In this document: piece after piece, positions 8,746 through 18,081 of the stretch
How positions within the stretch are numbered: position 1 is the first letter of the stretch
How the letters are laid out: every line of letters begins with the position of its first letter
Sequence record: NC_026927.1
Strand: one strand, 5' to 3'
DNA length: 64,000 nt
The notes under the pieces: generated by a model
What the model saw: only the letters and a program-made list of their open reading frames with translations
The model's database searches: none
What the model was told of the DNA's origin: nothing
Translations under genes and position numbers: made by a program

Positions 8746-8819
8746 GGGTCAGTAGCTCAGATGGATAGAGCAATTCACTTCTAATGAATTGGTCGGGGGT
8801 TCGAGTCCCTCCTGACCCG
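8746..8819 (+). tRNA. trnR-UCU: tRNA-Arg (anticodon TCT), CCA not encoded
   Basis: acceptor GGGTCAG/CTGACCC, anticodon arm ATTCA-CTTCTAA-TGAAT, T-loop GTTCGAGT. Confidence 0.95.
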
Positions 8820-8841
8820 TTGGGGTCTAATTAACCCCATA

Positions 8842-9026
8842 GGATGTGACAGAATGAACCGTTTGGTTAATACCGGTCATTGTATAGTAGGGAAGGCTGT
8901 GGTGGCCGCCAGAAAGACTAGGAGACTAGAGTTCTGAGAACCCATACCAGGGTCCCGAAAGTTCAGAGGTATTACTATTCTTAGTATGACCCCTCTGTTG
9001 GAGGTAAAAAGATAATCCTCCCATCC
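8842..9026 (+). ncRNA. ~185-nt multi-stem RNA between the two tRNAs, possibly the manA RNA motif
   Basis: closing GGATG/CATCC; internal stems AATGA(A)CCG/CGGTCATT, CTAG-GAGA-CTAG, CAGAGG/CCTCTG, GGAGG/CCTCC; no ORF; family name from recollection only. Confidence 0.55.
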
Positions 9027-9032
9027 ACCCAA

Positions 9033-9104
9033 TCCACAATAGCTCAGCGGTAGAGTCGGCGACTGTTAATCGCCTTGTCCCTGGTTCGAATCCAGGTTGT
9101 GGAG
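9033..9104 (+). tRNA. trnN-GUU: tRNA-Asn (anticodon GTT), CCA not encoded
   Basis: acceptor TCCACAA/TTGTGGA, anticodon arm GGCGA-CTGTTAA-TCGCC, T-loop GTTCGAAT. Confidence 0.95.
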
Positions 9105-9122
9105 TTCTTTATTATCTTTGAT

Positions 9123-9839
9123 ATGGATGTATCCAATCCTGATAACTGGTATATTGGTAGATTTTGTGAATCTAACTTCCTAGATCAAACAGCACTCTCC
9201 TCAGTGAGGTCATGGATTGATACTCAATCATGGGTAGATGGAGTTTTAACTTTGGACTACTCTAAAGATAAGGATCCATATCAACTGAAAAGAAATCAGG
9301 CAACTAGAAATATAATCCCACCCAGACTATTTTGGCCACATGTTGATAAGAACGAAAAGTTCGCTCGGTTCACCTGTCCCCGATCAAGCACCGATCCAAA
9401 CTGCACAAAAACATCTAAGGGTGAATACTACAAACCACACTTTGATGATGTAGTTAATGGGCACTTCTCAACTACGATCTTTATCAGTGATCCTGATGAA
9501 TATGATGGTGGTGAGTTAGTTCTGTATATTGACGGGAAGGAAGTATTCTTCAAACCAAAAGCAGGTGAAGGTGTAACTTATGAGACTGGTATTGGTCATA
9601 GAGTCAATACAGTCACAAGGGGTGAGAGATTGGCATTTGTATTCTGGACAGATTGTCGATGGGATGATATTGATGATTATCGTGATTGGCGTTATTATAA
9701 CTATATGAAAGACTACCTAATGACAACTCCTTATGTTGATACCTTATATGAGTTTTGTAACGAACCCCATACTATATTCAAAGGGAAATCATATGATATT
9801 ATGAGAAAGGTTATGAGGAAAGTTATTCCTAATGGTTGA
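9123..9839 (+). CDS. 2OG-Fe(II) oxygenase (PKHD/YbiX-like)
   Basis: YYKPHFD...STTIFISDPDEYDGGEL...HRVNTVTRGERL; start moved to ATG 9123 because the track's start lies inside tRNA-Asn. Confidence 0.88.
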   Translation: MDVSNPDNWYIGRFCESNFLDQTALSSVRSWIDTQSWVDGVLTLDYSKDKDPYQLKRNQATRNIIPPRLFWPHVDKNEKFARFTCPRSSTDPNCTKTSKGEYYKPHFDDVVNGHFSTTIFISDPDEYDGGELVLYIDGKEVFFKPKAGEGVTYETGIGHRVNTVTRGERLAFVFWTDCRWDDIDDYRDWRYYNYMKDYLMTTPYVDTLYEFCNEPHTIFKGKSYDIMRKVMRKVIPNG

Positions 9840-10365
9840 ATCATTTTACGGAGAAATACTCAACTCGGATGCTACTGGGCATCTGTATTCGTATGCCCAA
9901 AGTATTCAAGACTGGCAAACCATAAAGCAAGACTATATGGGTAAGAACTATCAGTCTGTTATGGCTCATAAAGTTCCAAAGGGAAATGAAATTGAGAAGT
10001 ATGTTGTTAGAACTTTCCTCACATTCAATAAGTTATATTTCAATTACGATCTAGTAGGAACATTTGAAACACAGATTCTAAAGTATAATGTTCATGATGG
10101 ATATGATTGGCATTGTGACTATGGTGTGAGTGAGAATCCCAATGCGATAAGAAAACTGAGTATGATTATTCAACTCAGTGATATGTGGGACTACAACGGT
10201 GCAAATGTATTCCTAAGGGACTGGCACAACCGAGAACACATCCTAAGTAAGGAATCTGGGTATGTTACCGTATTCGACTCTAGGTCCCCTCACAGGGTCT
10301 CTCCCCTAGCTATCGGAGAACGATACTCACTGGTAGCCTGGGCTCACGGTCCAGAGTGGAGATAA
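9832..10365 (+). CDS. 2OG-Fe(II) oxygenase
   Basis: YDWHCD...RKLSMIIQLS...VFDS..PHRVSP...GERYSLVAW. Confidence 0.9.
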   Translation: MVESFYGEILNSDATGHLYSYAQSIQDWQTIKQDYMGKNYQSVMAHKVPKGNEIEKYVVRTFLTFNKLYFNYDLVGTFETQILKYNVHDGYDWHCDYGVSENPNAIRKLSMIIQLSDMWDYNGANVFLRDWHNREHILSKESGYVTVFDSRSPHRVSPLAIGERYSLVAWAHGPEWR

Positions 10366-10390
10366 ATAAAATACAAAGAAATGGAAACAT

Positions 10391-10705
10391 ATGCTTTCTA
10401 CACAATATCGTCTTCGCCTTGAGGCTATCTGCCAAAAGATTGCGAATAGTGAATCTGTGGATTTGAGTGACATGATCTGGGCAGACAAACTGGCAAAGAG
10501 TCATACTACCGCTAGAGACTGGTTGCAGCAGGCAAGAAGACAATCCGCCCATCAAATTGAAGAAGGTACCATAGATGATTTTATGAATCGGATGAATTTA
10601 GGGAACCCTGATCCATCCGATCATAAAACTGGGTTCGATAGTGCCGATGACATCAAAGATTGGTTTCGGCAAGATAAGTCCAAAGACTGGAGACAAAGAG
10701 ACTAA
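10391..10705 (+). CDS. hypothetical protein (resembles a conserved cyanophage family)
   Basis: MLSTQYRLRLEAIC...GNPDPSDHKTGF; ATAAATA late-promoter-like element just upstream. Confidence 0.75.
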   Translation: MLSTQYRLRLEAICQKIANSESVDLSDMIWADKLAKSHTTARDWLQQARRQSAHQIEEGTIDDFMNRMNLGNPDPSDHKTGFDSADDIKDWFRQDKSKDWRQRD

Positions 10706-10707
10706 CT

Positions 10708-10887
10708 ATGGCTAATAAAAACGACAAAGGCAATCACCCAAGAGAAGAGGGTTGGTTCACCGAAAAGTTGAAGAGAAGACTCAGGAATGATCTCATACAT
10801 CCTGAACATCTAGTTCCCATTCTTATTGAAGAGAATGAGGCACTTAGAGCAGAGATTGCAACACTAAAAGCAATGCATAAATGGTAA
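10708..10887 (+). CDS. small hypothetical protein (59 aa)
   Basis: own translation MANKNDKGNHPREEGWF...; fills the gap between flanking ORFs. Confidence 0.55.
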   Translation: MANKNDKGNHPREEGWFTEKLKRRLRNDLIHPEHLVPILIEENEALRAEIATLKAMHKW

Positions 10888-10888
10888 A

Positions 10889-12190
10889 ATGGCAGCATTA
10901 AGTTCCACTTCCCCAGGACAACTAGGTAAGTATGTCATCCCCACAGTCCAGAAACTAAATGATGCGATGAAACGCAGAACTAGTCTTGGTAGGGGGAGTG
11001 GTAAGTCTTATACCATTAAGAATACCCCTGCGAATGTGGCAGCTATCAAGGAGTTCTCTCGCATTGGTAGCTCCCCCAAGTCACAGAAAGAAGCACTTGC
11101 TATTAGTCTGCAGACCACTGATACTAAAGTTCCTACTATTACTATCGGCAGTATTGATAAACCTAATATCAAATACAACCTTGGAGATATGTCCGAGGCT
11201 GTAGTTGGTGCTGCTATTGCTGCCAGGTTTATCTACAAGAATAGAAGTATTACGACTTCAAATGTTTATGGTGTTCTATATGGAATGCCACCATCATCTA
11301 ACTACCCAGGGAAGAAGGGAAAATATACAGAGAAGACATTCCAGTCAGTTAATGAAAATAAGAAGGTTACAGATCAAGTTAAGGTGTATATCTCCTTAGC
11401 TGAGGTTAATATGGCTGCTGTGATGGATAGATCCAATAAGGATCTTATTCTTCCTTATGTTCGTTCTGCAGTCAGATATGCCAATAGTACTACTGTTAAG
11501 AAGTGGTCCAAACTACTTTATGAGAACAATAGATCAGATAAGATTGATGTAATGTCCGATGGTCTTGGAGGACAAACCACAACTAAAGTGGATGTATATG
11601 TAAAAGTTAATGATGAGAAAGTAAATATTAATGTGTCACTGAAGGCTGGTGATGTCAAACAGTTTGGTCAGGTCTCTGGTATTGAGTTTGAGAAACAAAC
11701 TAAACTATGGGAAACCTCCTTTGGTTTTGGTAGTGAGATTAAGAGTCTAGAGTCAAAGTATAACCAGTTGATCTCAGATAAATCAACAGTCCCACAGGCT
11801 GTAACTATGGTGTATCAAGAGGTGGCTAACCTTTTTAATCAAGGTATTAAGAGAGGTGATGCTGGTATGATAAGGAAATTTGCCAACTCCATTAAGTATT
11901 TTGCTACACTAAATGAAGACAATGTAACCCTACTACAGGTGGGTAATGATGCAGCAAAGCTCTATTCGTTTGATGATATATACCAAGGAATAGAAAACAT
12001 GCAACTGAACGCTTCTATTACTATGGGTAAGAGTGGTCTCCCAACCTTACTAATAAACGAGACTGCTAGTGGGCAACCTCTTATTCAGTATCGAGTGAAG
12101 CAGGAGTTCAAACCCGATGGGTCTCCATACATCAGAAACTATGTGGAGAAGCAGACTGTTCTAGGAAAACTTATTGGTGAAAACCTCTAG
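10889..12190 (+). CDS. hypothetical protein, possible PD-(D/E)xK-type nuclease
   Basis: 433 aa; GDMSE...TKVDV...VSLK spacing resembles a PD-(D/E)xK core. Confidence 0.45.
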   Translation: MAALSSTSPGQLGKYVIPTVQKLNDAMKRRTSLGRGSGKSYTIKNTPANVAAIKEFSRIGSSPKSQKEALAISLQTTDTKVPTITIGSIDKPNIKYNLGDMSEAVVGAAIAARFIYKNRSITTSNVYGVLYGMPPSSNYPGKKGKYTEKTFQSVNENKKVTDQVKVYISLAEVNMAAVMDRSNKDLILPYVRSAVRYANSTTVKKWSKLLYENNRSDKIDVMSDGLGGQTTTKVDVYVKVNDEKVNINVSLKAGDVKQFGQVSGIEFEKQTKLWETSFGFGSEIKSLESKYNQLISDKSTVPQAVTMVYQEVANLFNQGIKRGDAGMIRKFANSIKYFATLNEDNVTLLQVGNDAAKLYSFDDIYQGIENMQLNASITMGKSGLPTLLINETASGQPLIQYRVKQEFKPDGSPYIRNYVEKQTVLGKLIGENL

Positions 12191-12202
12191 GTGTGTTATA
12201 AT
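12174..12202 (+). promoter_or_regulatory. sigma70-type promoter for the first DNA methyltransferase
   Basis: TTGGTG-17nt-TATAAT with TGTG extension. Confidence 0.55.
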
Positions 12203-12225
12203 ACCATTGTAGAGATTTCTATTTT

Positions 12226-13125
12226 ATGAAGGAACGCAGAAAGTATCCAACCGTATTGAGGTATCCAGGCGGTAAGTCTAGGATTATCTACTATTTGTTT
12301 AGGGAAAATATGATCCCTAAGAATGTCAAGGAATACCGTGAGGGTTTCCTAGGTGGGGGTTCTTGTGCTCTTGCGTTCTCTGTGATGTACCCAAACACCC
12401 CAGTTTGGGTCAATGATCTTTACTACAATCTGTATATCTTCTGGACACAACTCCAGAAGAATCCAGATCCACTCATCAATCGTCTCCTAGAACTAAAGGA
12501 CGAAGCCTGTGATGCATCGGGTACAGAAGAACTAGAGAAAAAGCATAGAAAACTCTACACAGATATGCGTGATCTCATTAATACTTCTAGTGATCACCTT
12601 GATATTGCAACCTCCTTCTACATTCTAAACCGATCTAGTTTCGGTGGATTCACTGAACAAAACAAGAATGCCTTCATCCGAGACTCATACAAGAATACTA
12701 TTTTCTCTCAGAGTAAAATCCGTAAGTTGGCTAATATCTCTGAGATTATCCAACCCTGGAGAATTACCAATACACACTACAAGGAACTAATGAGAGCTCC
12801 TGGTGATGATGTATTTGTGTTCCTAGACCCTCCATATCTAATCAAGGATATGTTGTATGGTAAGGACAAGGAGATGCACACTGGGTTCTCTCATGAAGAG
12901 TTTGTGAGTGAGTGTAAAGGTTCTACACATGACTGGATGATTACCTACAATGAACATGAATGGTTGAGATCCCAGTTCGCTGACTATCATATGGAGTCTT
13001 TCGAGTTCCGTTATAGTCTCGCCCACAGGGAAGAGAATGGCAACAAGAAAGAAGAACTCCTCATAATGAACTATGAGATTCCTCGTGATATCCCAAACCC
13101 ACTAGAGGTAGTTTTGTATGGATGA
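12226..13125 (+). CDS. dam: Dam-like (D12 class) N6-adenine DNA methyltransferase
   Basis: LRYPGGKSR, EGFLGGGS, VNDL, FLDPPY, WMITYN. Confidence 0.9.
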   Translation: MKERRKYPTVLRYPGGKSRIIYYLFRENMIPKNVKEYREGFLGGGSCALAFSVMYPNTPVWVNDLYYNLYIFWTQLQKNPDPLINRLLELKDEACDASGTEELEKKHRKLYTDMRDLINTSSDHLDIATSFYILNRSSFGGFTEQNKNAFIRDSYKNTIFSQSKIRKLANISEIIQPWRITNTHYKELMRAPGDDVFVFLDPPYLIKDMLYGKDKEMHTGFSHEEFVSECKGSTHDWMITYNEHEWLRSQFADYHMESFEFRYSLAHREENGNKKEELLIMNYEIPRDIPNPLEVVLYG

Positions 13126-13573
13126 TCTAGAGCTAGAGTATCATCTTTATCTGGATGGAAACCCTATTCAGACACTGAAGGATGACGCTAGTACAATGAC
13201 TTTAGCCAAGAAGAGAGTTATCGGTCCTTACATTCGTAGAGCTGAATCTTTTATTAAAATATCAGAACCATTTAGGGAACTACTTCGTCTTGATGATGGT
13301 AAGGATAAACTTCTAGATGCAATAGGTGTTGTCTGGGCACACTACTTTGAACATAAGATTAACAAGAAGTATATGGTTATCCCTAAGGATGCATCTCTTG
13401 ATTTTATGGAATACTTTGGTACTATGGCACAGAAGGATAAGTTTCCAGATGATAAATATATTAAGAAAGCTCAGCGTATCATTCTCTCTCACGAAAAGAG
13501 TATTGATGCTTTCATTAAGGCTTTTCATAGTATCCGTTTAGCCAACGACAAATATCTCTCCCTGAAGAAATGA
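13118..13573 (+). CDS. hypothetical protein
   Basis: 151-aa ORF overlapping both neighbours. Confidence 0.7.
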   Translation: MDDLELEYHLYLDGNPIQTLKDDASTMTLAKKRVIGPYIRRAESFIKISEPFRELLRLDDGKDKLLDAIGVVWAHYFEHKINKKYMVIPKDASLDFMEYFGTMAQKDKFPDDKYIKKAQRIILSHEKSIDAFIKAFHSIRLANDKYLSLKK

Positions 13574-16248
13574 TCACACCGAAGTCCCTACTATCATTCC
13601 TATCTGAAGCCGCTGATTCTGAGGCTGCACAACAGGCTAAGGAGATGGGTTTAACCTCTGCCGGTTATGGTAACTGGAGAGACAGGTCGGGCAATGTTGT
13701 TGCCAAAACTGTAGATGGTCAGTTGGTGATGATTGACGCCAAGGCAGACCCTATGGCTAGACCGGCGGCACCTGAGGAGGAAATGCCACCTGAAGAGGAG
13801 GAGGAGCCCCAGTTTGTAGAACCAGATCCAGATATGGTTGAGAAAGTAGCTAAGGGTCTTTCTGGTGGTAGATATAATATTGCATCAGCACAGAGGAAGA
13901 AAGAGTTACTGGCTTCTGCTAGACAGATACTAATCAATAAACAGATCCAAGACGCTCAGATGCAGGCTGACGCTGAGGCTCAGGCAGCGGCACAGAACCC
14001 ACCAGAACCCACTCCAGAGGAGTTGGCACAACAACAGGCGGATATGGAACTACAGCAACAGAACGCTGTGATGGATACTGAACTGAAGGCACAGAGTGTA
14101 GAGAATGGGAAACTGGACCTTCAGATGAAGAAGGACCAGATGAAGCAACAGAAGGAGGCAGAGAAAGAAGCCAAGGCTATGGATAAACTAGCCAAGAAAG
14201 CAGAGGCACAGAAACAAGCAGAAGCAGAAGCCGCAGCTCCTCCACCAATGCCACAGGGTGTCGCCCCCGATGCACCACCACTTCCTGAAGAAGAGATGGT
14301 TGTACCTGATGAACTGGATGCCCTGCTTGGAGCTATTAGGGGTGGTAATGAGAAGAAGACTAGTTCTGTTCTAGGTAAAATTCAGAAGAAAATTGGTAAG
14401 AAATCTGCTCCAAAGGCAAAAGCAAAACCCAAAAAGACACCTAAAGTTCAGACAGATCGAAGAATACCTGTTGCGGCTGTCGATAGAACAGATGTCCCGC
14501 AGTTTCAATCTGAAGCCCTAAGTCAGATGAATGCATATCTATCCGAAAATAGACAGAGAGAGGAGGATGATTACTATAGGGGTGCAGCAATTGAGGCTGT
14601 GCGTGAGCAACACGGTGAGGCTTTCTATTACTTTGATGAACCAAATGGTGTTGTAACAGAAATCAACACCCCACAGGGTGCTGCTGACCTAATGGAGTGG
14701 TCAACTAATAGCTCTAACAAACTAATTGGTAAGTCCCTGAAACCTTTTTGGAAAGAAGTTGATAACTTCCATAACAACTGGGCAGATCCTGAACTCCGTG
14801 ACGAGAATAACTACGAACAAATCATCGAAGTTACTCGCCCAAACCGAGGAAAGATACCTGATTCTGTAGTAGATTCTGAATGGAAGAAACTAAAGAATGC
14901 AGAGAGGAAGCAACTAGCTGAAATGGGTCTAGGTGGTGCTGGTGGTCGTGCTAATATGTTTCTAAAGACCGATAAGGATAGGGAGAAGAGGGGTAAATCT
15001 ATCCTTAAGGTGTATCTAGAACAGGGCGGTCGAGATGCCTGGTTGGGTTCTTCTGACACTAACCCTATTAGTTGGAAGGATATGACTGTCGATCATGTTC
15101 ATTCTGAGGGTGATGTTCAGTTCTGGCAAGCCGAATGTGTCAAGAGGGGTATGGATCCTAAGGATTATCAGGCTTTGGCTAATGATCCAGAAGTTAACTA
15201 TGTTATGACTCGTTTTGGATTCAATGGAGCTCAGAAGAGGGACAACTCCATGGATAAACTATACACTGAAATGGAGAAGAAGTATTACTCTAAAGGTAAG
15301 AATGAAGTTGATAGTCTTACTAGAGGTAATGCTGAGAAGAAGATGAGGAAGCAACTTAGGGAACAAGAATATTATGCTCCCCTAGTTCAGAATCTTAAGG
15401 CGGCAGTTCAGTCTGGCAATTTTACCCCAGAAGTTTATAATGAACTATTTGATACTTATAAGAAAGGTAGGTCTGAACTTGAGACATCTAACGGTCCTAG
15501 AACTGATCGTTCTCAGATGATTATGGGACGTAATGAATCTACCGATCCTTGGAGATCTCTTGCTGAAAGATCACTATTTGGTTATAAGATCTTTGCTGGT
15601 GATGGTCTCCGTGCCAAGAAAGGTGGTCAGATTGCTGGTTGGTCTGGTGTCGGTGGAACTACCAGTGGTTCTAATGCGGCTGATGGTGAAGCTCCTTCAT
15701 ATCCCTTCGAGGATACTGCTATGGACTTCTACTTCGATCCTATTCGGAGAATGGCACTATCCAGTCCAGAGAATCAAAAAAAGGCAGATTCTATCCACAA
15801 ATACACTCAGTTTATGGGTAACGCCTTTGTTACTGGTAAGATTGGATCTCAAGAATGGCACAACTATCTAACCCAGTCTTCACAGATGATGCATGAGATG
15901 CTTCCTGATGAGTGGAAAGGTGAGTATGAGGCGGAACGGGGACAGGAATACCTATCAACAATTAATAGAACTCTAAACAAACTCAATAAGGGTCAGGATG
16001 ATCTTGAGGGTGATAATTATGCGCCCGATCGTAATATCACTGAACTTTTTAAGAACTCACCACAGAAGAGTTTAGCTGATCAGGGTATTGAAATTATGAG
16101 ATCTATGATGGATCCAGAGAACTTCAATGCGGTTGACTACTATGATCGTGGTAATCTTTATGAAGGTTTCGAAAATCTTGGGTTGTTATCTGGTAGAGGT
16201 GATGTTATAATGGAGAGGTTCCAAAATAAGAGAAGGAATGAAATTTGA
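13570..16248 (+). CDS. 892-aa modular protein: FLSEA N-terminal module, Q/E/A/P-rich linker, putative His-Me (HNH-like) nuclease region
   Basis: N-terminus shared with ORF 18791; central GGRDAW...MTVDHV...NYV...FNG.QK pattern. Confidence 0.6.
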   Translation: MITPKSLLSFLSEAADSEAAQQAKEMGLTSAGYGNWRDRSGNVVAKTVDGQLVMIDAKADPMARPAAPEEEMPPEEEEEPQFVEPDPDMVEKVAKGLSGGRYNIASAQRKKELLASARQILINKQIQDAQMQADAEAQAAAQNPPEPTPEELAQQQADMELQQQNAVMDTELKAQSVENGKLDLQMKKDQMKQQKEAEKEAKAMDKLAKKAEAQKQAEAEAAAPPPMPQGVAPDAPPLPEEEMVVPDELDALLGAIRGGNEKKTSSVLGKIQKKIGKKSAPKAKAKPKKTPKVQTDRRIPVAAVDRTDVPQFQSEALSQMNAYLSENRQREEDDYYRGAAIEAVREQHGEAFYYFDEPNGVVTEINTPQGAADLMEWSTNSSNKLIGKSLKPFWKEVDNFHNNWADPELRDENNYEQIIEVTRPNRGKIPDSVVDSEWKKLKNAERKQLAEMGLGGAGGRANMFLKTDKDREKRGKSILKVYLEQGGRDAWLGSSDTNPISWKDMTVDHVHSEGDVQFWQAECVKRGMDPKDYQALANDPEVNYVMTRFGFNGAQKRDNSMDKLYTEMEKKYYSKGKNEVDSLTRGNAEKKMRKQLREQEYYAPLVQNLKAAVQSGNFTPEVYNELFDTYKKGRSELETSNGPRTDRSQMIMGRNESTDPWRSLAERSLFGYKIFAGDGLRAKKGGQIAGWSGVGGTTSGSNAADGEAPSYPFEDTAMDFYFDPIRRMALSSPENQKKADSIHKYTQFMGNAFVTGKIGSQEWHNYLTQSSQMMHEMLPDEWKGEYEAERGQEYLSTINRTLNKLNKGQDDLEGDNYAPDRNITELFKNSPQKSLADQGIEIMRSMMDPENFNAVDYYDRGNLYEGFENLGLLSGRGDVIMERFQNKRRNEI
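16183..16211 (+). promoter_or_regulatory. internal sigma70-type promoter for the NPPY methyltransferase
   Basis: TTGTTA-17nt-TATAAT with TG extension inside the 3' end of the upstream gene. Confidence 0.5.
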
Positions 16249-17143
16249 TGTTGTTATTGGCAACCCCCCATATCAGAATCCTGATGGTGTAAAGAACAAG
16301 AAGATCTGGTTATCTTTCTTTGATCTTGGTGTCTCCCTCCTAAAGAAGGGTGGCACTATGTGTTACATCACGCCCACCACTCACTTCTGGAGTTTGGGTA
16401 GAAAGTGGCAAACTGGTGTGTCTGCTGATATTCTACTGAAACAGAACAACCTTCGTAGTGTAGATTTCACTACATCCAAACACTTCCCACAGGTTGGTGA
16501 CTATATTTGTAACTATGTTCTACGCAAAGAACCTCCCAGTGGTATGGTAGATGTTATTGAGAAAGATGGGACAGAGGTTCTACGCCCACATGATGATGTC
16601 TATGATTGTGATGAGGAGAGACAAAAGGCAAAGTTCTTCTCTGCTATGAGAGAACTACGAGAGAAGTATGGGAAGTATCATATTCCCCACGACACAAGAG
16701 ATAAGAGTCATTATAGTCAGACACAGGAGGGCGTGTATCAGCATCCTACTTATATTTCGGCAGCAAAACAGATATGGTATGCTGACAGTCCTACACTAGG
16801 GACTGATACACTGAAGATTATTATGAATATGTCTTCCTACTTCTGGAATATCAATGATACTCAGAAGTATATGAGGATTGATTCAGGTCCTGGTGTTGGG
16901 TTATTGGGAAGAATGTTGGCAATTGATAGTGTGAAGGATGGTGAGAAGATAGTTGAGTACCTAACTTCACCACTAGTGAAGTTCTACATTGACTGTATGA
17001 AGAGGACATCCCCATGGAACCACGCGATGTATCAGTTACCAAAGTGTCACCATATGACAGAGAGTGAGATCCTAGATGAGATGGGTTGGACTAGAGACCA
17101 GTTTGAAGAAATGTATCCAGAACGTCTGGAAACCAAAGTATAG
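16238..17143 (+). CDS. N6-adenine DNA methyltransferase-like protein (NPPY motif at the extreme N-terminus)
   Basis: FDVVIGNPPYQ...LLKKGG.MCYITP; no FxGxG motif I upstream of NPPY. Confidence 0.7.
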   Translation: MKFDVVIGNPPYQNPDGVKNKKIWLSFFDLGVSLLKKGGTMCYITPTTHFWSLGRKWQTGVSADILLKQNNLRSVDFTTSKHFPQVGDYICNYVLRKEPPSGMVDVIEKDGTEVLRPHDDVYDCDEERQKAKFFSAMRELREKYGKYHIPHDTRDKSHYSQTQEGVYQHPTYISAAKQIWYADSPTLGTDTLKIIMNMSSYFWNINDTQKYMRIDSGPGVGLLGRMLAIDSVKDGEKIVEYLTSPLVKFYIDCMKRTSPWNHAMYQLPKCHHMTESEILDEMGWTRDQFEEMYPERLETKV

Positions 17144-17172
17144 TTGACAAGGGACCCCAGGTGTGTTATACT
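17144..17172 (+). promoter_or_regulatory. sigma70-type promoter for the second Dam-like methyltransferase
   Basis: TTGACA-17nt-TATACT with TGTG extension. Confidence 0.8.
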
Positions 17173-17197
17173 ATCTGGGTAGGTTAGGTTATTCTGT

Positions 17198-18079
17198 ATG
17201 GTGAAACCCCTGTTTAAGTGGACTGGTGGAAAGGGGCGACTATTCCAGAAGTATCAAGATCTAAACTTCTTCCCAGAGGCAGACAGGTTCGACACATTTG
17301 TTGACCTGTTTTTTGGTGCTGGGTCAGTCACCCTTTGGGTTGCGGAGAAGTATCCAGATAAGAAACTCATTATTAATGATAAGAACACGGAACTTATGGG
17401 GTTATATACCCAAATACGTGATAACTGGGGTGAGTTTAGTGAGCACTATAAGAGAGTGTATAACGTATTCCTAGACACCCCAATAGAGAAAAGAAAGGCA
17501 CTCTATAACTGTTATAAGAAGAGATATGCATGGAACTATAAGTGGTTGTCAGAAGCAGAGATTGCGGCAAACCTCTTGGTTATGATGAAGATTAACTTCA
17601 ATGGTATTTGGTTAGCGTATAAGATGTATGGTCGTAGGTATTCTACGGCACCAGGGAAGATTGATTATAAAGAAAGTATCTTTGGTATGGAGAATGTGGA
17701 ACAGTTCCGTCAAGTCCTACTACGGGCAACACTCTACAATAGATCCTTTGAGGATGTTCCTATTCCTGATAACTCCTGGGTATTTGCTGATCCACCATAC
17801 AGAGACACCAGAGATATGTATTCCGATACATTCACCGATGAACTTCAGTCTAAACTGGCAAAGTTCATAGTTTCTACAGACGGACTATACTGTGAGTCTA
17901 ATAAAGAAACTGGTGATGGTTTCTGGGGAGAACACTTCCCTATGGAGAACATCCACTTCACAGATCACAAATACACTTGTGGTTATGGGGGATCCATTAA
18001 CCCAGTCACTGAAGTTCTTATAAAGAACTATGGGAATAATATCCCACAACCAACTACCCTTGATTCCTTTTTTAACTGA
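17198..18079 (+). CDS. dam: Dam-like (D12 class) N6-adenine DNA methyltransferase
   Basis: KPLFKWTGGK, DLFFGAGSV, IINDKN, FADPPY. Confidence 0.88.
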   Translation: MVKPLFKWTGGKGRLFQKYQDLNFFPEADRFDTFVDLFFGAGSVTLWVAEKYPDKKLIINDKNTELMGLYTQIRDNWGEFSEHYKRVYNVFLDTPIEKRKALYNCYKKRYAWNYKWLSEAEIAANLLVMMKINFNGIWLAYKMYGRRYSTAPGKIDYKESIFGMENVEQFRQVLLRATLYNRSFEDVPIPDNSWVFADPPYRDTRDMYSDTFTDELQSKLAKFIVSTDGLYCESNKETGDGFWGEHFPMENIHFTDHKYTCGYGGSINPVTEVLIKNYGNNIPQPTTLDSFFN

Positions 18080-18081
18080 TT

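Noticed and set aside
9075-9122. N-terminal extension of the oxygenase ORF
   Set aside because: It overlaps tRNA-Asn; ATG 9123 is the plausible start.
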